A stretch of 64,000 nucleotides of DNA from an uncultured Lentimicrobiaceae bacterium (GTDB lineage Bacteria; Bacteroidota; Bacteroidia; Bacteroidales; UBA4417). The DNA is taken from NCBI GenBank assembly GCA_964420555.1, contig CAYQTT010000014.1:23686-87685 (forward strand), read 5' to 3'. Under the pieces are notes generated by a model, which saw nothing but the letters and a program-made list of their open reading frames with translations, ran no database searches and was not told where the DNA came from. Below are positions 58,605-64,000 of this stretch, piece by piece. Positions within the stretch are counted from its first letter, which is position 1, and every line of letters starts with the position of its first letter. A program made the position numbers and the translations under genes.

Positions 58605-59789
58605 TCACACCGTTTTTCCCTCTTTGAAATTATACCGAACTGTCGCCAGGTAAATTGCTACCAGCAGCACCCCTGTTCCTGAAATGATAAACATTGTTTT
58701 CATGCCCAGAGTGTACCATATAAGTCCTGCCAGGCTACTGGCAAGCATAGTGAAAATACTTGCAAAACTGGTATAAAACCCGATGGCTGTGGCTGTTTTG
58801 TCTTTTTCAGCGATATTACTTATAAGGGCTTTTGAAATCCCTTCGCTGGCTGCCGCATATAAACCATAAAACCCGAACAGAACGAAAAACTGCCACGACA
58901 CCAATGCAAAACCCATGCTTACATACACAATGGCGAATACAACCAAACCAAATATAAGTGTCCGGGCCAGGCCAAATTTATCAGCTAATATACCAACGGG
59001 CAAAGCAAGAACCGCATAAACCAGGTTATAGAAAATATAAATTCCAATCATATAGGTATCCGAAAAACCTTTGCTTTTGATCGAAAGAAGTAAAAATGCA
59101 TCTGAACTGTTGAAAAGAGTAAAAGCCAGCAGTCCGATCACCAGCGTTTTGTAGTGTTTTGAGGATTGTTTCCAATAGCTGAGGAATGAGAAAAAACCTG
59201 GCGACTTTTTGGAAATCACATTCTGTTGCTTGTCCTTTAACAAAAAAGTAAGCGCAATGGCGATAATACCCGGAACTACAGCAATTATGAACAACCATTT
59301 GTATTGAGCCGGATAATAATAGAGAAAAACAAGGGCTGCAAGCGGTCCAACAGCAGCGCCAGCGGTATCAAGCGCACGGTGAAATCCGAAAATTTTTCCT
59401 TTATTCTCTTTGGTTGATTCATCGCTGAGTATAGCATCACGGGCACCTGTGCGCACTCCTTTTCCAAGCCGGTCGAGAGTTCGGGCAAAAAATACCCACA
59501 GAGGAAAAGTAAATACAGCCATCAACGGTTTCGAAATGGCACTCAGTGTATATCCCCACCTTACAAACGGAACCCTGCTGCCCAGTTTATCCGAATAATT
59601 ACCAAAATATCCTTTGCTAAGCCCGGCAGTAGCTTCGGCCATTCCTTCGAGAATACCAATCAGTAAAACAGAAAAACCAATGGATTGAAGGTAAACCGGC
59701 ATAACCGGGTAAAGCATTTCACTTGCTATATCAGTAAAAAAACTAACAAACGAAACAAGCAAAACAGTTCGGGTGAGGATGGAACGCAT
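58605..59789 (-). CDS. MFS transporter
   Basis: Twelve TM segments; DRLGKGVRTGARDA and GILADKFG motifs. Confidence 0.9.
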   Translation of the reverse strand: MRSILTRTVLLVSFVSFFTDIASEMLYPVMPVYLQSIGFSVLLIGILEGMAEATAGLSKGYFGNYSDKLGSRVPFVRWGYTLSAISKPLMAVFTFPLWVFFARTLDRLGKGVRTGARDAILSDESTKENKGKIFGFHRALDTAGAAVGPLAALVFLYYYPAQYKWLFIIAVVPGIIAIALTFLLKDKQQNVISKKSPGFFSFLSYWKQSSKHYKTLVIGLLAFTLFNSSDAFLLLSIKSKGFSDTYMIGIYIFYNLVYAVLALPVGILADKFGLARTLIFGLVVFAIVYVSMGFALVSWQFFVLFGFYGLYAAASEGISKALISNIAEKDKTATAIGFYTSFASIFTMLASSLAGLIWYTLGMKTMFIISGTGVLLVAIYLATVRYNFKEGKTV

Positions 59790-60009
59790 TATTCAAATAT
59801 AGTGTTAGACGCGTTTATTTGTTTACAAAAGTAACGTCTTTGCTGATGGAACAAAAATCAGAATTCCTGCGATTGAAAAATATTAAGTAACAGTGAGCAG
59901 CTGTGCCGGCTTGTAATGCAAAAACTGAATGGAACATAACGGCTTACAATCCGGCTATAAATCAGATCTTTTTCCCAAAAAAAAATTAGTTTAACTCAGT
60001 GTTGTAAAA

Positions 60010-60708
60010 CTATCCGGTTTGACTGATTTTTACAAGGTGATCATAATTTAAAATTTCAAAATCGTTGCCGTTTACCTGAATAATTCCTTCATCTTTGAAT
60101 TCCCTCAAAATGCGGATTGCACTTTCTTTCGACATCCCCGACATATCAGCCAGATCCTGACGAGATAGAGTAGTATGGAACGGATTGACCTGGTAAACTT
60201 TTTCCTTAAGATAAATCAAAACATCAGCAATTCGCCCCGGCATCTGTTTCTGGGTAAGGCTTATGAAAAGTTCATAATTGTAGATGGATTGCAAACTTAT
60301 CTTTCTAAGGAAATCTTCAGCAAAATCAGCATTATTGCGGATAAGCGATTTGAATGTTACCAGATCGACCAGGCAGGCTACCGAATCTTCGATGGCCATA
60401 GCTGAAAAATGATGCATCTGATCAGCATAAATGCCCGGTCCAAGTATATATTCCACCGGCTTAACAATGCTAAGAATCAAATTTTTATCATTGTAACCTT
60501 CAATGTAGGTTTTAACTTTGCCCTGGGTAAGGCAAAGGAAATGCATGTTGGGAGTACCTTGTTTAAATATAAGTTCGCCCGCTTTAAAGTGTACTTCTAT
60601 TCGTTTATCATCAATCTGCTCAAGCTCAGTCTGACACAAACAACTGAAAATATCAGCTTTATCTTTGCAGGAGGAACAGCCTTTGTTATATTGAGTGTAT
60701 TGATTCAC
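60010..60708 (-). CDS. Crp/Fnr family transcriptional regulator
   Basis: Cyclic-nucleotide-binding-type domain, HTH SRQDLADMSGMSKESAIR; N-terminal CSSC...CxC cysteines. Confidence 0.92.
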   Translation of the reverse strand: MNQYTQYNKGCSSCKDKADIFSCLCQTELEQIDDKRIEVHFKAGELIFKQGTPNMHFLCLTQGKVKTYIEGYNDKNLILSIVKPVEYILGPGIYADQMHHFSAMAIEDSVACLVDLVTFKSLIRNNADFAEDFLRKISLQSIYNYELFISLTQKQMPGRIADVLIYLKEKVYQVNPFHTTLSRQDLADMSGMSKESAIRILREFKDEGIIQVNGNDFEILNYDHLVKISQTG

Positions 60709-60801
60709 AGTTAGTTAAATTTATGGTTATTAGACGTTATGACATAGTTATATAAACTTATGGTTTTCATAACAGCTTCTTAACATGAGCGTACAAAGAT
60801 A

Positions 60802-60837
60802 CTGACATATATCAATACTTCTACTGATAAGTATCAA
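60802..60837. promoter_or_regulatory. Two FNR/CRP-like boxes 22 bp apart
   Basis: CTGAC-ATAT-ATCAA (60802-60815) and CTGAT-AAGT-ATCAA (60824-60837) versus the consensus TTGAT-N4-ATCAA. Confidence 0.7.
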
Positions 60838-60977
60838 AATATTATTGTTAAACAATCATATACAAAATAATCACTATTTCATGATAAAAGTATTCCTTTG
60901 TAGCATTATTTAGCTGACTAAACAATTGCTATATTTACATTCAGTAAATTCAGTACAAAAACTTAAAAACGACACCA

Positions 60978-61358
60978 ATGAAAAAGAGATTACTTGGACT
61001 ATTAATGGTAACCGGCACGTTACTGATTATGTTAACTGCCTGTGAATACGACTTTATCGAGCCAACCCCTGCTCCTCCTCCACCACCCGCTGGTGACACC
61101 ATCAGTTTCTCCCAGGATGTCCAGCCTTTTTTCACTGCAAAATGTGCTTCGTGTCACCCCGGAGTATACAAACCTGATTTAACTGCCGGAAACTCATACA
61201 ATGCGCTGATATCAGGTAATTATGTAGTAGCAGGTGATCCGGCAACCAGCCCCCTTTACATCAAATGTAAACCAGGTGCAAGCATGGCAACATATGCCAC
61301 TGCAGCAGAGTTGGATCTTCTGTATCGCTGGATTTATGCAGGTGCTAAAAACGACTAA
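60978..61358 (+). CDS. Lipoprotein monoheme cytochrome c
   Basis: Lipobox LTA-C, Pro-rich linker, SFSQDVQPFF...CASCH heme motif. Confidence 0.82.
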   Translation: MKKRLLGLLMVTGTLLIMLTACEYDFIEPTPAPPPPPAGDTISFSQDVQPFFTAKCASCHPGVYKPDLTAGNSYNALISGNYVVAGDPATSPLYIKCKPGASMATYATAAELDLLYRWIYAGAKND

Positions 61359-61387
61359 AGTGATCTTAAATCAATAAAAAACAGAAA

Positions 61388-62317
61388 ATGATGAAAAAGA
61401 TATATTTACTACTCAGGATCAGTGCTTTAACATTTTTAACGCTGATTATTTCCCAGTCTGTAACTATTGCACAGGAAGAAGCCACTGAAGACACAATTGT
61501 TGAAAAACCAGTAGAACGTCCTGTTCGGCCGGCATTTGAAAGTGGATTATTATTTGATGCTTCAACTACAACTCTTCAACCTTCGAAAACACTCGAAATG
61601 ATCATTCAGCATCGTTTTGGCGTAATTGATTTTGATGATAAAAACACAGATTTCCTGGGCATATGGGGTGTTTCGAACATCAGGTTAGGAATGAATTACA
61701 GCATACTCGATAATTTAACTATTGGAATTGGTGCTACCAAATTCAATAAAATGGAGGATGTACAGTTAAAATACCGCGTTATTGAGCAAACCCGCTCTAA
61801 TAGTATACCGGTTACTGTTGTACTTTACGGCGTTGCTGGTATTGATGGAAGTGCTGACACCAAATGGGAGGACAGCTATAAGTTCAGCAACAGGTTATCT
61901 TATTTCTCACAAATAATAGTATCGCGTAGATTTAACGATAAATTTTCGTTGCAGTTCGCACCCGGTTTCACCCATTACAATGCAGTAGATTCCGCATACA
62001 ACCACGACAGGGTTTCGTTGTCATTGGCAGGGAGGTATAAATTCTCACCACAAGGATCATTTATTTTCTCAGGCGACTTCCCATTAGATATTGAAGGAAT
62101 TAAAGACTACAAAAAAGTGGATGATAAAGCAACTGTTTATGACAGGCCAAACATTTGTGTAGGCTTCGAAATCTCAACCAGTACACATGCTTTCCATCTG
62201 TACCTTGCAAGCGCACAGGGAATCCTGCCACAGGAAGATATTATGTGGAACAAAAATGATTTTTTCAAAGGAGAATTTCTTATAGGTCTGAACATAACCC
62301 GTTTATGGAATTTCTAA
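61388..62317 (+). CDS. DUF5777-like outer-membrane beta-barrel protein
   Basis: Signal peptide; IQHRFG, IRLG, ETSTHAF.L-like motif; terminal ITRLWNF. Confidence 0.78.
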   Translation: MMKKIYLLLRISALTFLTLIISQSVTIAQEEATEDTIVEKPVERPVRPAFESGLLFDASTTTLQPSKTLEMIIQHRFGVIDFDDKNTDFLGIWGVSNIRLGMNYSILDNLTIGIGATKFNKMEDVQLKYRVIEQTRSNSIPVTVVLYGVAGIDGSADTKWEDSYKFSNRLSYFSQIIVSRRFNDKFSLQFAPGFTHYNAVDSAYNHDRVSLSLAGRYKFSPQGSFIFSGDFPLDIEGIKDYKKVDDKATVYDRPNICVGFEISTSTHAFHLYLASAQGILPQEDIMWNKNDFFKGEFLIGLNITRLWNF

Positions 62318-62380
62318 ACTAAAAAAAGCCTTTGGAATAGAATTTGCACTAATTAAGAAAAATTTTAAAACCAAAACAAT

Positions 62381-62797
62381 ATGAAAAACTCAATTAAATT
62401 TGCTGCAATCATCTGCATAGCAGTTATGTTCGTTACAGCCAACATGGCAATGGCACAAAAAGCGGGCGGTCCATGGACAGTTCCAGCCAAGTACAAAGCA
62501 ATGAAAACCACCGTTAAAGCCGGAGATGCTTCAATCAACACAGTTGGAAAGGAAACTTACAACAAACATTGCAAATCGTGCCACGGAGCAAAAGGATTAG
62601 GTGATGGTCCAAAAGCCGCCAACCTTAAAACCAGCACCGGCGATTTCTCGGCAGCTAAATTCCAGGCACTCTCCGATGGAGAACTTTATTACATGTCATT
62701 CATCGGCCGCGATGAAATGCCTAATTTCGAAAAGAAAATTCTTGATGAAGCTGACAGATGGGCTGTTATTGGCTACATCCGTACCATGAAAAAATAA
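62381..62797 (+). CDS. Periplasmic class I cytochrome c
   Basis: Signal peptide AMA-Q, CKSCH, distal Met in GRDEMPNF, RWAVIGYIRTM. Confidence 0.9.
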   Translation: MKNSIKFAAIICIAVMFVTANMAMAQKAGGPWTVPAKYKAMKTTVKAGDASINTVGKETYNKHCKSCHGAKGLGDGPKAANLKTSTGDFSAAKFQALSDGELYYMSFIGRDEMPNFEKKILDEADRWAVIGYIRTMKK

Positions 62798-62806
62798 TTT
62801 TTCTAC

Positions 62807-62840
62807 AAAAGGGTGTTCTGCTAAAACTGAACACCCTTTT
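62807..62840 (+). terminator. Intrinsic terminator-like hairpin inside the cytochrome operon
   Basis: AAAAGGGTGTTC...GAACACCCTTTT followed by T residues. Confidence 0.7.
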
Positions 62841-62883
62841 TGTTTTCCTGCATGTATAGTACATATACCAATACTTCCAAAAC

Positions 62884-63867
62884 ATGATTTTACTCTTTAC
62901 TCGCCTGACCGGGATAGTCCAGGTTCGCTGTTTTATTGCAATGCTTCTCGTTATGATGATCTCCGTCGTTACGGAAGCGCAAAATAAACCCAAACAAGAA
63001 ACAATTAGTTTTAATGAAAAGTGCCTGAAATGCCACGGGCAATCGAAATACAAATACATGAATCCTGAATCGGGTTCAGAAGTTACAAAGAGGATGTATC
63101 TCGAAACAATTATAAATCGTACCGAATTTTACGACTCGAACCATAAGACATTTAAATGTACCGATTGCCATTCCGAAGATTATGATTCCTTTCCACACCC
63201 CGGACGACTGAGGATGGAATCGAAATATGCCTGTATTGATTGCCATGGCGGAGACGAAACATATGCAAAGTTTAAATTTGAGGAAATTGAAACTGAATTT
63301 CAATCCAGCGTGCATGCAACTAAACATAGCGATGACTTTAACTGCTGGATGTGCCATGATCCTCATACCTATAAAATTAATGTTCGTTCCGAAGAAAAAA
63401 TAAAAGATATTGTGGCTTATGACAATGCTATTTGTCTGAACTGTCACGCCGATATTACCAAATACCAAATGCTTACGGATAAGGTTAATCCAAATATCAT
63501 CAAAAAACATGAGTGGCTGCCTAACCAGGCACTGCATTTTAAAAATGTTCGTTGTATCGAATGCCATGCACGTACCAACGATTCCATTCTGGTTGCCCAC
63601 AATGTTCAACCAAAAGAAAAAGCTGTACGCAGATGTGTGGAGTGCCATTCGACCAACTCTATCCTGATGGCATCGTTGTATAAATATAAGGTACAGGAGG
63701 AACGCAGTAAAACCGGATTTTATAACGGAGTTATAATGAACGAAGGATATGTAATTGGTGCAAACCGTAATTACTACCTGGGAATAATCAGCTTAATAAT
63801 GTTCGGCTGCGTAGCTTTCGGAATTGCAATTCATGCAACACTAAGAATCATAAAACGTAAGAAATAA
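62884..63867 (+). CDS. Membrane-anchored heptaheme cytochrome c
   Basis: Seven CxxCH motifs (CLKCH, CTDCH, CIDCH, CWMCH, CLNCH, CIECH, CVECH); N-terminal signal and C-terminal TM helix. Confidence 0.9.
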   Translation: MILLFTRLTGIVQVRCFIAMLLVMMISVVTEAQNKPKQETISFNEKCLKCHGQSKYKYMNPESGSEVTKRMYLETIINRTEFYDSNHKTFKCTDCHSEDYDSFPHPGRLRMESKYACIDCHGGDETYAKFKFEEIETEFQSSVHATKHSDDFNCWMCHDPHTYKINVRSEEKIKDIVAYDNAICLNCHADITKYQMLTDKVNPNIIKKHEWLPNQALHFKNVRCIECHARTNDSILVAHNVQPKEKAVRRCVECHSTNSILMASLYKYKVQEERSKTGFYNGVIMNEGYVIGANRNYYLGIISLIMFGCVAFGIAIHATLRIIKRKK

Positions 63868-64000
63868 TGTCAGGAAAATTATATTTATATCCCGTGTGGA
63901 TCAGGCTATGGCATGCCCTCAATGCCATTCTAATTATACTTCTCATTATCAGTGGCATAAGTATGCAATACACCAATCCGGCTAATCCATTTATCCGTTT
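63867..64000 (+). CDS. HydC/FdnI-like cytochrome b, 3' truncated (not in ORF track)
   Basis: TAATG stop/start overlap; MSGKLYLYPVWIRLWHALNAILIILLIISGISMQY..., with the RLWH heme-b ligand pattern. Confidence 0.8.
   Translation, partial: MSGKLYLYPVWIRLWHALNAILIILLIISGISMQYTNPANPFIR

Overview
Bacteroidota (Bacteroidales-like) chromosomal window, judged from TAnnTTTG promoter boxes, a T9SS C-terminal domain and family content. Left to right: (1) 1-3.9 kb, end of an inositol-lipid locus (DUF5686 OMP, CDP-alcohol phosphotransferase, DUF4833, Aur1/IPC-synthase-like). (2) 5.7-20.5 kb, a TetR-linked lipid/efflux region with three acyl carrier proteins (one lacks the phosphopantetheine serine), an acyltransferase, a patatin, an RND pump fused in frame to a TolC domain through a signal-peptide-like linker, and a T9SS hydrolase followed by an attC-like site. 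(3) 21-25 kb, an HxlR-type redox cluster. (4) about 25.2-46.6 kb, an integrative element with tyrosine integrase, Xis-like HTH and VirE primase-helicase, no relaxase or capsid genes, two copies of an iteron-flanked ~215 bp origin-like palindrome, and defence-type cargo (type IIG RM, DUF6338 plus polyproline peptide, REase-ImmA/IrrE fusion, HNH, nuclease-STAND NLR, DUF2971 remnant, AbiE). (5) 46.7-51.9 kb, small drug/xenobiotic tolerance genes including arr. (6) 52.4-59.8 kb, copA, CDF, copZ, SOD, M23 peptidase, MFS. (7) 60-64 kb, a Crp/Fnr regulator divergent from an operon of lipoprotein cytochrome c, DUF5777 beta-barrel, periplasmic cytochrome c, heptaheme cytochrome and cytochrome b, which looks like a trans-envelope electron conduit. 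No complete tRNA, rRNA or CRISPR array was found. All family assignments are by motif recognition only; no searches were run.
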